The position numbers were made by a program, and so were the translations under genes. From NCBI GenBank assembly GCA_951406725.2, contig OX597816.1, positions 68,386,001 to 68,450,000 on the forward strand: 64,000 bases of DNA, written 5' to 3'. Origin of the DNA: Octopus vulgaris (Eukaryota). The notes under the pieces were generated by a model. The model was not told the DNA's origin. It made no database searches and was given only the letters and a program-made list of their open reading frames with translations. Positions 26,742 to 40,110 of this stretch are shown here, piece after piece (the first letter of the stretch is position 1; each line of letters opens with the position of its first letter).

Positions 26742-27260
26742 TATCGATAGATAGATAAATAATATGTGGATCTCTATTGTGCCGAAACATTTTTAGTGTT
26801 TATTAAATAAAAGTGTAACCGTACTCCATGCTATGTTCAGAAATCCAGTAGATAAGATGCCTGCTACATTTGTTTTATAACGAGTGAAACCCTAGACGTG
26901 GTAAATATCCAAGTGAGGTGTGTACCGCAGGCTACTCTCCAGACCATCGTCGCAAGGAGATTCATTCAGAATGTGTCAGTTTATCGTACTTCGATACGAA
27001 AAAATCTGCAAGCTTCCGTCTCAATAAACCGTTATTGTCCCTGAAAGTTGTTTTTTATATTTATTACGGATTGCTTGAAGATAATTTTCTTCCTACATCT
27101 CGATGCCTGGATCTTACATTTACATCTATGTATGCATTTTTCTGGATTTCTATTTATCTATCTAGTCCTAAGGATAAACCTGAAGGAAATAAAAAAATGA
27201 TTACGTGCAGAAAAGAAAGATGGACGATGGTCACGTGTGAGCAACGCGAGAGAGAAAAAG

Positions 27261-27320
<60 letters not shown>

Positions 27321-27439
27321 GGTGAAGGAGAGAAAATGGGAATTAGAGAAAACGATATGAGAGAAAACAGTATAGATTAGAGTCGCATCAGAGAGATTAA
27401 GTTAAACTTACATGGAAATGGACCCGTGGTGTTCAATCA

Positions 27440-27440
<1 letters not shown>

Positions 27441-27495
<55 letters not shown>

Positions 27496-27532
27496 TGATA
27501 ATGATAATGATAATAATGCTAATAATAATAAT
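27441..27532. repeat. (TAA)n/(TGA) microsatellite
   Basis: Directly visible. Confidence 0.95.
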
Positions 27533-27569
27533 GTATATACACACACACATATATATGTGTATGTATGCA

Positions 27570-27770
27570 TGCGTGTCTGTATTTGTGTTTGTTGCACCCA
27601 TGGTCGACGGCGGACGCAGTCTTGTATACGACCCATAACATAGCGGTTTCGGCAAAAGAATGAGACAGAACACGTACCAGTCTCAAATGACTAGTATGGA
27701 GTCACTTGTTTGACTGAGTTCCTCAAAGAGGTATCGAAGCAAGGCTGTAATCCAATGACTAAAACGGTTA
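27570..27770 (+). mobile_element. SINE B 3' half, diverged
   Basis: taacatagcggtttcggcaaaagaatgagacagaac.cgtaccag matches the SINE B tail. Confidence 0.55.
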
Positions 27771-28148
27771 AGTGGATGACTAAGAATTGGGAATAGATTT
27801 CGGTGCTGTTGCTATGCCGCCTACTTTACGGCTTTCTCATGTCAGCTGTACTCAACAAACCATAAATCAATCAGCCAAGGGACTCTCTCCCTCATTTCCC
27901 TTGCACATCAATAATATCGGAAGGAATAGGTAGCTTGGATTTCTGTTTTGCTCGTAGTGAAGCTTTGCAATATTTCAAATTATTTCATTTATTCCGATTT
28001 ACCATGCTGCTATATGTCGTTATTAAACTAAGCTCCACGAATGTAAACTAACTTTTCGTCGCATTCAAAACTCCCTCCTTCTCTCTCGCTCGCTCTCTCT
28101 TTCTCTTTCACTCTCTGTCTGTCTGTATGTCTATCTCTCTCACAACAA

Positions 28149-28301
28149 GCGTAGGCGCAACCGATAAAGTTTACTTCCCAACAGCATGGTTCCGGTTTCA
28201 GTCCCACGGCGTGGCATCTTGGGCAAGTGCCTTATACTATAGTCTCGGGCTGACCTAAACCTTGTGAATGCATTTAGTAGACAGAGACTGTAGGAAGCCC
28301 G

Positions 28302-28355
<54 letters not shown>

Positions 28356-28566
28356 TTATGTGTATGTTTGTTGTTTTTATTTTGGGGTTTGTCTCTCATT
28401 ACGGCATGACAACAGTTGTTGGTGTGTTTACGTCCCTGTAACCTCGCGATTCGGCATAAGAGATCGATAGAATAAGTACTAATTTCAATAAAACATGTAG
28501 GCGGCGATTCATTCTCCAAGGTGGAGCCTCAGCATGGCGGCAGTCAAAGGACTGATACAAGTAAAA
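28149..28566 (+). mobile_element. SINE B, full length
   Basis: Head tcttgggcaagtgcctt; internal (CA)n; tail aggtggagcctcagcatggcggcagtcaaaggactgatacaagtaaaa. Confidence 0.85.
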
Positions 28567-28604
28567 CACAACGAATATATACACACGTGCACGCACACAC
28601 ACAC

Positions 28605-28661
<57 letters not shown>

Positions 28662-28756
28662 CACACAAACACACACAAACATATAATCATACACCTTGAA
28701 CTTCCGATAGCTTTCATTTTATTAATTCACTCCCAAATCGTTAATCAGAACGAAGG

Positions 28757-28860
28757 CCAGTAGAAGACACTTGCCAAGGTGCAGCACAAACGGGGTTGAA
28801 TCAGAAACCACGTCGTTGAGATGCAAATTTTCAACTAGCACATTGCCATACCTCTGCCTG
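28757..28860 (-). mobile_element. SINE B head fragment
   Basis: agtagaagacacttgccaaggtgc...gaaaccacgtcgttg. Confidence 0.6.
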
Positions 28861-28872
28861 TATGTATGTATG

Positions 28873-28906
<34 letters not shown>

Positions 28907-29736
28907 TGTATGTACGTATGCATGTATGTATGTATGTATGTATGTATGTATGTATGTATGTATGTGTGTGTGTGTCTTCGTGTGTGAATATGTGTATGTG
29001 TAATGCATGTGTGCAGCGCGTAAACAATATTTAGCTCTCCAATTTTTTTCTCATTTATAATCCTTGGAAGATTTGCTACCAAATCTTGTATGTTTTATTT
29101 CTTAGCACGAAAAGTTTACAAACAGAAAAAGAAAAAACGCAGAAAGTATTCTTGATCGATTTGCCTTTGTAATAAACTGTAAGAAAAAAAACGTAGAAAA
29201 AACGGTTTTTAGTGCTTTTATTGCATTTTCTCCTTCAGTATTCCCGTTCTGTTTTTTAATTATAAGTTGTCCAATATTTGCTGCAGTTCTTTAGAATCCA
29301 GTTTAATTGAATTGATTCTTCGCCAAAAAAGTCAGACATATTATTTTGCAGATTTAAATATTTATATTCTATTACGCATAGTGAGCTCTGGATTGCAATG
29401 TTAAACTCCCGAGGAAGTGAGTTTTCCATGACTAAGTCACTGAAATATGAAATGGCTCACAAAGTCTACCGAGCAGTAAAAGCATATCATGCTACGCTAC
29501 AGTTCAGGTATTAGAACTAAAAGAAATTAAGAGGGCTCTCTTTTTATAATTCATGAGTTGTTGTTGCTTAAACATAAAGGTCAACTCTCGTCATGCAGAA
29601 GTTGATCAAAGGCTGTTCCAGGCGTACTAATGCTGTCTTGTTTTCTCTTGCAGAAAAGCTTTCCACTTAACTTATAGATTTCTGGCAATAACAAACATTC
29701 AAATTTACAAACTCCTCTCCTTATATGTGTTATTCA

Positions 29737-30180
29737 AGGCCACGAGCTGACAGAATCGTTAACACGCCGGGATAAATGCTTAGCGGTATTTCATCTGCAC
29801 GTTCTGAGTTCAAATTCCACCGAGGTCGACTTTGCCTTTCATCCTTTCGGGGTCGATAAATTAAGTACCAGTTACGCACTGAGGTCGATGTAATCGACTT
29901 AATACCTATGTCTGTCCTTATTTGTCCCCTCTATGTTTAGCCCCTTGTGGGTAATAAAGAAATAGGTATTTCATCTGTTTGCACGTTCTGAGTTAAAATT
30001 TCACCGAGGTCGACTTTGCCTTTCATTTTTTCGGGGTCCAGCTTTCATCAACAGCCAGTGATTGTCTCACATTGAAGACGGGTATACACCCTGAATAAGT
30101 ACCAGTTGAGTACTGGGGCCGATGTAATTAACTATTTTCCTCTTCCCAAACTTCTGGCCTTGTGCCTATAGTAGAAAAAA
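29737..30180 (+). mobile_element. SINE A dimer; second core interrupted by a 57-bp foreign fragment
   Basis: Head-core-tail 1, restart at ggtatttc, core, tail 2; degenerate TSD ttatatgtgttattca / ttatttgtttattca. Confidence 0.85.
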
Positions 30181-30271
30181 TTATTTGTTTATTCATATTT
30201 TACTCATACTAATCCGATACCATCCTGCTCTACACAGCAAGTAGTATCCATATAGTTAGCTGTAGTTCTAA

Positions 30272-30890
30272 AGCAGTGAACTGGTGGAATCGTTATTTTC
30301 CGGACAAAATACGTTTCTTACGGCCTTATGCTCTGTGTTCAAATTTAGCCTAGGTCATCTCTGTCTTTCATCCTTTTGGGGTTGATGAAATAAATACTGG
30401 TTGGTGTAATCAACTACCTCTCCACAAATTTCAAGCCTTGTGCCCATAGTAGAAAGGATTATCATTAAAACAAAAAAGTCGAGCTTAGCGGCATTTCTTC
30501 CGGATTTACGATCTGAATTCAAATTTGGCCGAGGTTGACTTGTGGTCTTTGAAAGTTTTACATTGGTGTATGAGGTGGGGGGAGGGCGATGAAATTTACT
30601 AGTCCTTCTCCAAAATTTCAGGCCAAGTACTTATAGTAGAAAAAGCTAGTATTAGGGCTACTAAGGGTGGTAGATTGGCAGAATGGCTAGAGCGTCGGGA
30701 AAATGTTTTGCGGTGTGTTCTAGTGTTTTATTTTCGGAGCGGACGGAGTAAATATGTACCTTCACCCTAGTAGTTGACTTATACCTTATTTATCAGCTTC
30801 GAAAGGATGAATGACAAAGTTGAGTTTGACAAGTTTTGAATATTGAAAATCGAAATAAATAGTAGAAAGCATTCTGTACGATGTCCATGC
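30272..30890. mobile_element. Cluster of old SINE A fragments, mostly + with one -
   Basis: Repeated ttcaaattt.gcc.aggt, ccttgtgcccatagtagaaagg, gaaaggatgaatgacaaagt. Confidence 0.65.
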
Positions 30891-32223
30891 ACAATCCTTT
30901 TAGCAATAAAATAAACAAAATTAATAAAGTGCAGCGAGAAATTAAATATTTTACAATAGATAATAAGTCCAGAAATAGGCCTCTACACGGTTGCTTAACT
31001 TGGCAGAAATAGCAACCAGATATTCCTGAGATTACATCATTCAGTCAGAAAACGAAGTTCGTAAAGGATTATTCTTAGATCCAGTGGTTTCATCTTAAAG
31101 GTACGTCATAATTAAGCAAAAAACATGTGTTGGCCATGACTGGAACACCCGTGGTTAACACATTGGAGCTGAACTATGGCTAAACAGCAATAGCAAACAA
31201 CTACAAAATCAACAGCAACTAATTTTATGCCGTCCTCTTCGTTCCACTCAGCTCTGAGGGAAATAACTAGTTGTACTCAGTCTAAAATTTAGATTGCTTT
31301 ATAACAAGTAATGTTACTAGTAACATATTAGCAATGATATAGATCGTTTGTTTTTGTGTCATGCCAAAATTTATTTAAAAAGAACTGATGTCTGTGTCTA
31401 TTCATTAAACCCATTTTTAAAACACATGGCGTGCCCTGAAAGACGGTGAATATAAGGGAAATAATAATTTCTTCATAAAATTTAGCGGAGATTAGAAATT
31501 TGAAAGTGAAATTAAGAAACAAGGAAAAAGATGCACAAAATTCACATATTTGATTGCTTTTTTGTTATTGCTTACTTATTACAAAGCTCTTAAAACTTCT
31601 TGTCAGTAGTAATTATGTATAGCGACAAAATAAGTATAATTGCGTTTATAAGGTTTCCAAGTGCCTCCGAGACTGATAGGAAACAGAGTGGATCTTATAC
31701 TCAGATTGTGGAGAAGGCTCGTGCACTTGAACCAGATTAGAGTCCGCAAAAACCATTTAAGAACTAACTAAAGAGATTGAACCCGGCAAAAGATCAAAAT
31801 CAATTATTATATTTACTATTCTTAATTAGCGACACTAATCAATGAATAGATTGCGTACAATATTGATTTTAGGTAAAGGAGAAGTTCATTGGTAGTGTTT
31901 AAGTATCTCTCGCTAAAGTATTAGCGACCGAGGTAAGTGATGCAGAAAAACACAATACGAATTAACGAGAAACTGATATAACTTCAGTGCTTGACATTAT
32001 TAAATCTTTCAGATCTTTATTAATTTTCTTTCCGTGTTTTGTTACATGTCGGAAGATCTTTCGATGATTCTAGAAGCATATTAATGTTTTCTACGTGAAG
32101 AAATTTATAGTATATCATTCGGCACTTATCTAGTTTCCAACTCTTCTTACAGTGCAACGAATCTGAACCCGAAAGAGATAGACAAAATCTCTGAGAGGAG
32201 CAGAGAAAGTGCGTGCATGAGAT

Positions 32224-32254
<31 letters not shown>

Positions 32255-32311
32255 AAGAAAGAAAGTGAAAGAGATAGAGAGAGAAAAAGTGATAAAAAGA
32301 GGGACAGAGAA

Positions 32312-32980
32312 GGTGAGTGATATTGTCACGCCTCCTTCCTTCAAACGGGAAGGAAGAGCTATTCTCATCATCCATGTGGCTATGGCGAAAGAATGTATCT
32401 GGTGGACGCGTCTGAAAAGATTGGAGACAAACACTTTCCTCTCTGGTCAATCTCTCATCAACTTCTTCAAGTATCACTTGAAAAGGAAAGTGAGAGTAGA
32501 GAGGCAAGTTTTGTCTAGCGAATGTTTTAAAAAAAGATGGGTGAATGTAGCAAGGATGGCACATATGAATGACGAAGCCACCTTGAGCATAATCCTATGA
32601 ACCCAGAAATTGAAAACAGAGGGTTACCCACTTGCAAACAAATGTGGTAACATATAACAATATTGACCGAGGTTACCGTGGTCTTTTTCGTAGGCTTTTC
32701 TTCCCACGGATAAACCTCATCTGCTTCCCCCTTTACACCGTACATCATGACAGTGTGATACACGATCCCTATTGATCGTTTTTTTTCCTCTTCTCCTTTT
32801 TTCCTCTTTTTTTTTCTTTCTTTTTTCTTTTCTTTTGTTTCTTTCCCTTTTTTTTCTTTTTTCCCTATTACGATCCCCTTTGATCGAAAACCTACATCCC
32901 CCTTTTTTTTTCATCCCCCAAAAGCTCTACCTCGTAATTTGTCCCATCTGTGTGCAGCCCTGTGTGGCTAATAAAGAAAC
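32312..32980 (+). mobile_element. L1/Tx1-like LINE 3' end (ORF2 C-terminus and 3' UTR)
   Basis: VAMAKECIWWTR...FFKYHLKRKVRVERQ...FKKRW resembles Tx1/L1 ORF2 C-termini; stop at 32600; T-rich UTR; ends aataaagaaa then (TATC)n. Confidence 0.65.
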
Positions 32981-33115
<135 letters not shown>

Positions 33116-33286
33116 CCTATCTATTTGTGAGTCTGCACATACAAAAATCCATAAATACATAAAGACACACACACATAGATATGTATATATAACTCTGAAT
33201 CTGAGTGCATTTTCTCTTGATATAAGTGACCGTGCGTACATACACATACATATATCTATTTATTTATATATTACATATATGTGTGA

Positions 33287-33342
<56 letters not shown>

Positions 33343-33379
33343 GTGTGTGTGTGTATATACATTTTTTTATTATTTTACA

Positions 33380-33772
33380 TATTTCAGCCATTTGACTACT
33401 ACCATGCTGGAGCACCGCTTTGTAAGCTTCGTACTTACTCTATCGAATTCTTTTGCCGAACAGCTATGTTTCGGGGACTAAAACACACCAACATCGGTTG
33501 TCAAGCAATGGTGGGGGGACAAACACAGACACGCAATTACATATATACATAGAAATACACACACGCACATATATACACACGCAGATAAATATATATATAT
33601 ATATATAAACAGGCTATTTTCAGTTTCCCTCAAGCAGATACACTCACAAGGCTTTGGTCGGCCGGAGGCAATAGGAGACGACACTTGCCCAAGGTGACAC
33701 GCAATGGGACTGAACCTGGAACTATGTGGTTGGGAAGCAAGCTTCTAGTCACACGGCCACTCTTGCGCCAAT
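33380..33772 (-). mobile_element. SINE B, full length
   Basis: catgctggagcaccgc...gacacttgcccaaggtg...tgtggttgggaagcaagctt. Confidence 0.85.
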
Positions 33773-33983
33773 ATATGCGCGCGTTCGTGTGTACGTGCAT
33801 ATTTGTATATTCATATTTATATGCTGCATATAAGCGTTGCAATGCGTTATGTGCGCTAAAATTTGTGAGTGTGCTTGTGTGTGTGTGTGTGTGTGTCTGT
33901 ATGTCCGTGTATGAAAATAAATTACTGAATCGAAGATTTTCACTATTCACACAATGAAAAACATATTCTGACCATTATTATAT

Positions 33984-34021
<38 letters not shown>

Positions 34022-34074
34022 ATCTATATTATATATATATATATATGTATATATATATACAATATATACAATAC

Positions 34075-34156
<82 letters not shown>

Positions 34157-34186
34157 TTATATATATATATTTATATATATATATAT

Positions 34187-34224
<38 letters not shown>

Positions 34225-34403
34225 CATATATATATATATATGAGGAGCATACGTGAATATTAGTATGGTTGTTTCTGTTGCGGAGATTATTATGTTTTCT
34301 TTTACACCAAATTACAACGTGGTAGACAAGAGTTGTAATTTATTATGATTTTTGGCATCATTATGGCTTCGAAAGAAAGTAATTGTGTTTCAATAACAAA
34401 GAA

Positions 34404-34435
<32 letters not shown>

Positions 34436-34596
34436 CATACACATATTATTATATATATATATACACGAACACAAACACACACTTGTATGCATATACTCAT
34501 ACATACATATAAATGTAAATATATTTTTACGATTGCCTTTCCAAAATATTGAAGCTATCTGTCGGCCCACGACACTGGACAGCATATTTCTGTCTG

Positions 34597-34767
<171 letters not shown>

Positions 34768-34806
34768 GTCTATCTATCTATCTGTCTATATATATCTATA
34801 TATATC

Positions 34807-34992
34807 TCGTTAGCCACTACACACATTTTTCTCTCTCCTTGTTTCTCTCCTTGTTTTCTGTGTCCCTTTCTGTAGAAGAGCATAGGCTCGAAACGTAAAA
34901 GACTTTTTCTATTCCTGAGCGTTATACTAATACATCTGTTTATTTTGTACACCACCTGTCTTCGTCTTTTGTTGTTGTTTTTCGTAAACTCT

Positions 34993-34995
<3 letters not shown>
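34807..34995 (+). mobile_element. Short PLE-pLTR-like element with mini hammerhead
   Basis: Near-identical to 46914-47104; lies between (TATC)n and (TA)n. Confidence 0.8.
34866..34901 (+). ncRNA. Minimal hammerhead-like motif, variant core CUGUAGA
   Basis: cttt-CTGTAGA-a-gagc-atag-gctc-GAAA-cg-TA-aaag. Confidence 0.6.
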
Positions 34996-35061
<66 letters not shown>

Positions 35062-35092
35062 TGTGTTTGTATAACATATATATGTATGTATC

Positions 35093-35151
<59 letters not shown>

Positions 35152-35153
<2 letters not shown>

Positions 35154-35291
35154 CGGGAAGCTTTATGAAAATAGACAAAAGATGAAGGCAGGTTTACGGA
35201 AATAAACAAAAGACGAAGGCAGGTGGAATACAAACAAACAATTGTATTAGTATGGCGCTCAGGAAATATAAATAAAACAAGTCTTAAACGT
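35152..35291 (-). mobile_element. 3' fragment of a related mini-HHR element
   Basis: Minus: acgt...ttcctgagcgccatactaatac...ccacctgccttcgtcttttg, similar to 34893-34995. Confidence 0.7.
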
Positions 35292-36129
35292 AAATATGTA
35301 CATTCGTTTATTTATGTGTGTATGTTCGAATGTATGGAAATGTACATATATATACATCAGCTCTGACCGCATAAAAGTTGATGCACACACACACACACAC
35401 ACATATATATATGCATAAACGTGCACAATATAGAATGAACTCAGAATACCATGCACCCATAAAATCATAAGTGTAGATACAAGAATTACGTGGACGTGTG
35501 TAATTATAAACAATAATCGTACAATAATAGTTCAATAATAGTTACATTAGATTATGCTGTAAACTCACCACAGTATAGATTTGAAAATAAGCTAATAATT
35601 ATAATGATGTGTGAACATATACGCGAATTTGTATGTTGAATATGAGACAAGTATACGCCAACCAAATGGCTGCTTTACTGTATATTCGCTATCGTTTTAT
35701 TATTTACGTGTGAGGCGTTTTTCAATTTATTATTCGAAATATGTTCTTTGGCATATAGATTGCATGAATGTCTGCTGGTTACAGATCTCAGAAACGTTTG
35801 CTACATTTATAAAACGTTTTCCGAGGAACAATGCTTCATGCCAGCACGTGTAGCATATTGCGGTGCATTTATATTAGTGAATATTCCGAAAATAAGCGGT
35901 AGTATCAAGAAGCAGCGTTTGAAGCGAATAAAGGTGACGGTTGTATCGCATCTTAAATAAATCGGCTATAAGAACTATATTAAAAGATGTTTGTCTTTAA
36001 CCGAAGAATTTCGAGCGAATTCTTTAGGTAACCAATTAGAACTTAATATGTAGAGTATCTGAAACTGGTTCATATAATTTTCTGTTGGGTTAGTGTTGAT
36101 ATGAATTGGGTTACTGGCAAATATAATCA

Positions 36130-36495
36130 ATACTAGAATAAAATTAACTATTTAGGAAAGTTTAATGGTGTTTCTGTTAAAAGTTTTATCCTATTCATAG
36201 CTAGGAGGAATTTATTTAGTAAGGTGAAGAGTTTAGGTAACGGAGTGGAAATCACTCAATGGTATGGGAATGAAATTAAGTGATGTCGCTTATGTTTATT
36301 TTTTGTTGTAGTGAATTGGAAAATATCGAAGTTTATCGCAGCTACTTTTCTTCAGGGCTTCATTAAAGTTTGTAGTACAACACTTAATAATGGTTTCTTT
36401 CGCAGAAATATTCGTAATGCGAATAGAGATGTTCTTAAATCTATTCTCTCTTATATTTCTATGGTGGTGGAAATACTTGTTGAGGGATCTTTGTG
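36130..36495 (-). pseudogene. Penelope-like element RT-thumb/linker remnant
   Basis: KNISIRITNISAKE...NEALKKS..DKLRY and KTFNRNTIKLS match the PLE linker (ISxRISxIS..E...YNEALKKSGY; KIFNRNTxKxSY); disrupted by stops. Confidence 0.65.
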
Positions 36496-36570
36496 AGCAA
36501 CTATACAAATAATCTGTTGTCTCAGGTTTGTACATCTCTGCCGTTACCTCTATCTGCATTTCTCTATATG

Positions 36571-36890
36571 AAGGTGATGGCTCAGTGATTGGGATATTCG
36601 GCTCACGATTGTAAGCTCGTGAGTTCAAATCCCTGCGGTACGTTGTGTCCCTGGGCAAGATACTTTATTTTTACGTTGCTCCAATCCAATTAGCCGGAAA
36701 AAATGAGTAGTACTTGTATTTCAAAGGGCCAGCCTTGTCACACTGTGTTACGCTGAATCTCCCTCAGAACTGCGTTAAGGGTACACGTGTCTGTGGAATA
36801 CTCGACCACTTGCACGTTAATTTCACGAGAAAGCTGTTCCGTTGATCTTATCAGGTGGGATCCTCGTCGTCGTAACCGACGGAGTGCTCC
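36571..36890 (+). mobile_element. tRNA-derived SINE family D (V/CORE-like domain)
   Basis: TGGCTCAGTGA A box, GAGTTCAAATCCC B box, tgtgtccctgggcaagatacttta. Confidence 0.8.
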
Positions 36891-37199
36891 TTCTCTATAC
36901 ACACATACATGTGTACACACACACATATACGTACGTGCATACACACACACACACACACACATAAACACACGCACACACACACTCATGCAGATATATAAGT
37001 CTCTCTCTCTTTGTCTTTCTGCCTCTGTTTCTGTCTGTCTGTCTATCTCTATATATATACATACACGTTTCACCACACACACACACACACACACACACAT
37101 ATGCACACTTATCTTTTATATTGTTTAGCACAATGCCTGTGGGAATGCTAGGGTGACATGTATATACCTAAATGTTCTCTCCAATCATCCTTGATCAAC

Positions 37200-37620
37200 C
37201 CTCAATGGTATTCAATACACACGCTCCGAATTATAACAGCCGGATCCTGCTTACGTAGTAATGTATTGTATAGGTGTACTGTGGAGATCCCTGTCACACA
37301 GAGGGCAAGAGTTTATACAGGAAGTACTATAGACTTTAAACGTCGCTATAGGGCCCATTGGAATTCTCTTACTAACATAATTTTTTCTACAACACTCGCT
37401 GCGTATATACAATAACTTAAACTAAAAATATCCAATACTCATTATCTTGGTCTGTAATAGCAGCAGCCTCCCACCCCTACAATATAATTACGCGTGTATG
37501 TAAATTATGTATTAGAGACTCCACGAATATTCTTTGTTGATATGACTTTACATCATTGAATAAGTTCTCTGATGCTATGTATTCCTGTAACCATAGATAC
37601 CGTTCAATATTTAAATATTT
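37200..37620 (+). pseudogene. Penelope-like GIY-YIG endonuclease remnant
   Basis: GSCLRSNVLYRCTV...VYTGSTIDFKRRYRAHWNS...TTLAAYIQ*LK...YSLSWSVI...PYN...CKLC; stop and frameshift. Confidence 0.85.
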
Positions 37621-37859
37621 TACTAAACCTCTATATATTGACCATTAGATTTTTGATTATCTATATTTCACTTAATTTCTATACTTTGCTACCCTGTAAC
37701 TTCATCTTGATCAATTATTACCTGCTTAACATTTAAAACATTTTCTAACTTGTATTTTCCGTAATTTCTGCTATAGCATTTCATCTTCCTCAATGTAACT
37801 AAATCTCATCTATCCATTACAACATTGTACGAAATGTGAATCCTGAATAATAAATATAC

Positions 37860-37951
37860 TCTCCCTGATGAAGGAGGCAGTATCCAAGTTTTGAACTGAA
37901 AATACCCTTAAAATCCATGGATTACTGAGTCCCTGAAACAGCTGTAAGAGG
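37860..37951 (+). ncRNA. Hammerhead motif in the PLE pseudo-LTR
   Basis: tctcc-CTGATGA-agg-aggcagtatcca...tggattactg-agtc-cct-GAAA-cagctg-TA-agagg; ACAGCTGT palindrome; about 250 bp downstream of the EN remnant on the same strand. Confidence 0.7.
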
Positions 37952-39256
37952 ACTACCACCAACAGTTTCTTTAAACAGGATTACCTATTTTCTCGATTAA
38001 TTACATATATTTTCTGAAAAATCTAATCTCAACGCTTTCGATTTTTCTTTATTCGTTCTTTTCGTAAGGCTTTATTGTATCCACCTTCTCATAAGGGCAT
38101 ATTTATTTTAAAATATTTTTTACAATGCCTTTTAATATGATTGTAATTCTAAATGTCTCTATATATATCTTTATACAGCTATACATTTATACATCTACAC
38201 TTTTAAAACATACTCGCATTCGTCTATTTATTATATATGTATATCAAATTTTTATATATTTATGTATTCATAAATTTTAAATATGTTTTAGTATCTTAAT
38301 GCTTGATACATTTGTATATTTAAAAACTGATATGCATCAAGCCATAGTGCAATATATGTTTATATAAATTATTGAATCTACTTGAACTCTCCTTAACATT
38401 TTTTGTATCTTGCGTCTCGGGTTTTTATCTGAGCACTTCAAACTACCGCCTATACAATACACAAAGAAATTTACTATATATATAATTGTAAATTATAGGT
38501 ATTCTTTTAATAGTTTCTGATTCAATAAGGATATTTTAGTATTATCTATTAAATTAGTGGTATAAGTTTAACATTGAATCATGTAAGGATAACGGACATT
38601 TAATACGTGTAATACGTATTGAGGGTTTCAGTTATTAACTTTTAGGTTATGAAATACTGTAATTCACTCAGAATTACTTATATTATTAGTTAAATTCAAT
38701 CGTGTTTGTTTTGTTTCGGAAAGAATAGAATATGAAAGCTTTCACTGCTAATATTAATAACCTTGGAATATTGTTGGGATTATTATCTGTATAGATTTCA
38801 AGAACTAGGTTGTTATTTAAGTAGACAATTTAGGACTTAGTCATAGGTTTGCTTATAGAATTAATTCACCGATACTGTTTTTGTACATAAAGTAATGTGG
38901 CTTCTTTGTAGTTTAATTAATAATGTTAGTATTTAATTACTCCTAGAATTAATTTTGAATGAATGTCGTGATATCTAGTGTATGTTTGTTCGCAAACAAA
39001 ACGTATTTTAGTGCTGATGACACCGCCAGATTGAATGGTACTGGCCAGGTGTCGAAACCGTAGAGATGTCCGAGGGGCAGCTGATGATGGAGGCGTGTTG
39101 GATTTTGGTATAGCTGCTATTGTATGTGCGGAATAGTTTTATAAGACATCCATTTGATATATATATATACATATATATATATCATTGGCATCATTAGGCT
39201 GTAGCCGGCATAATAAAATTGGAGCTTTTATATGCGTATTCAAAACCTTTCTATGG

Positions 39257-39291
<35 letters not shown>

Positions 39292-39979
39292 CATATATTT
39301 TTGCGCGTGTGAGTATATGTGAGTGTGTGTGTGCGTATGTGTGTGTATTTGATGTGCGTGTGTGTGTATATATACACACAAATATAGACTTGTATGTATA
39401 TGAGTATATCAATATGTGATACATATGCTGAATAGGATGTTGACGATTATTATTGTTACAATTATCATTATTATTAATTACATATTAACCAACCTTATTA
39501 GTGCTGTATTCGAACACAGTATGAACCCACTTCGATTCCGGTAAAGAATTTCAACAATTGTAAATTCTGTAATATATAAAAAAAACGATATCGTTAGTTT
39601 ATTTACGAATTTCCATAGAATTGAATATACTTGCCAATTATACGTCTCTACCTTCGGTAGTGTCCAAACCAGTTTAAATAATTATATAGCAATAATCAAC
39701 TTAAGATAATAATTCTTCCATATCCAAAGGGGAAAATTAGATTAAGTTAAATAACGATATGAATTTATTTTATTTGACTCGGGAAATATAGAACTAAAAC
39801 AAAACAGTGTCATACAACGCATAATATAATTCAAAATACTGAAATAAGGAGGAAAAATTGCTTTAACTGCTGTTAAACAGAAAAGTGAATATAATGCACG
39901 GAAAATATGCGATTGATTTTATGAAGGAGCAAAAACTTAACTAACTTATTTGTGATCTGTAGATTACGATTAAACTTTC

Positions 39980-40110
39980 AGCGGTGAGCAGGCAGAATCG
40001 CTAGTACACCGGGCGAAATATTTAGGGGAATTTCGTTCGTCTTCACCTTCTAAGTTCAAATTCTGTCGAGGTCCAGTTTGCCTTTCACCCTTTTCGGGTT
40101 GATAAAATTT
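39980..40110 (+). mobile_element. SINE A 5' part
   Basis: ggtgagcaggcagaatcgctag...aagttcaaattc...tttgcctttca. Confidence 0.75.
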
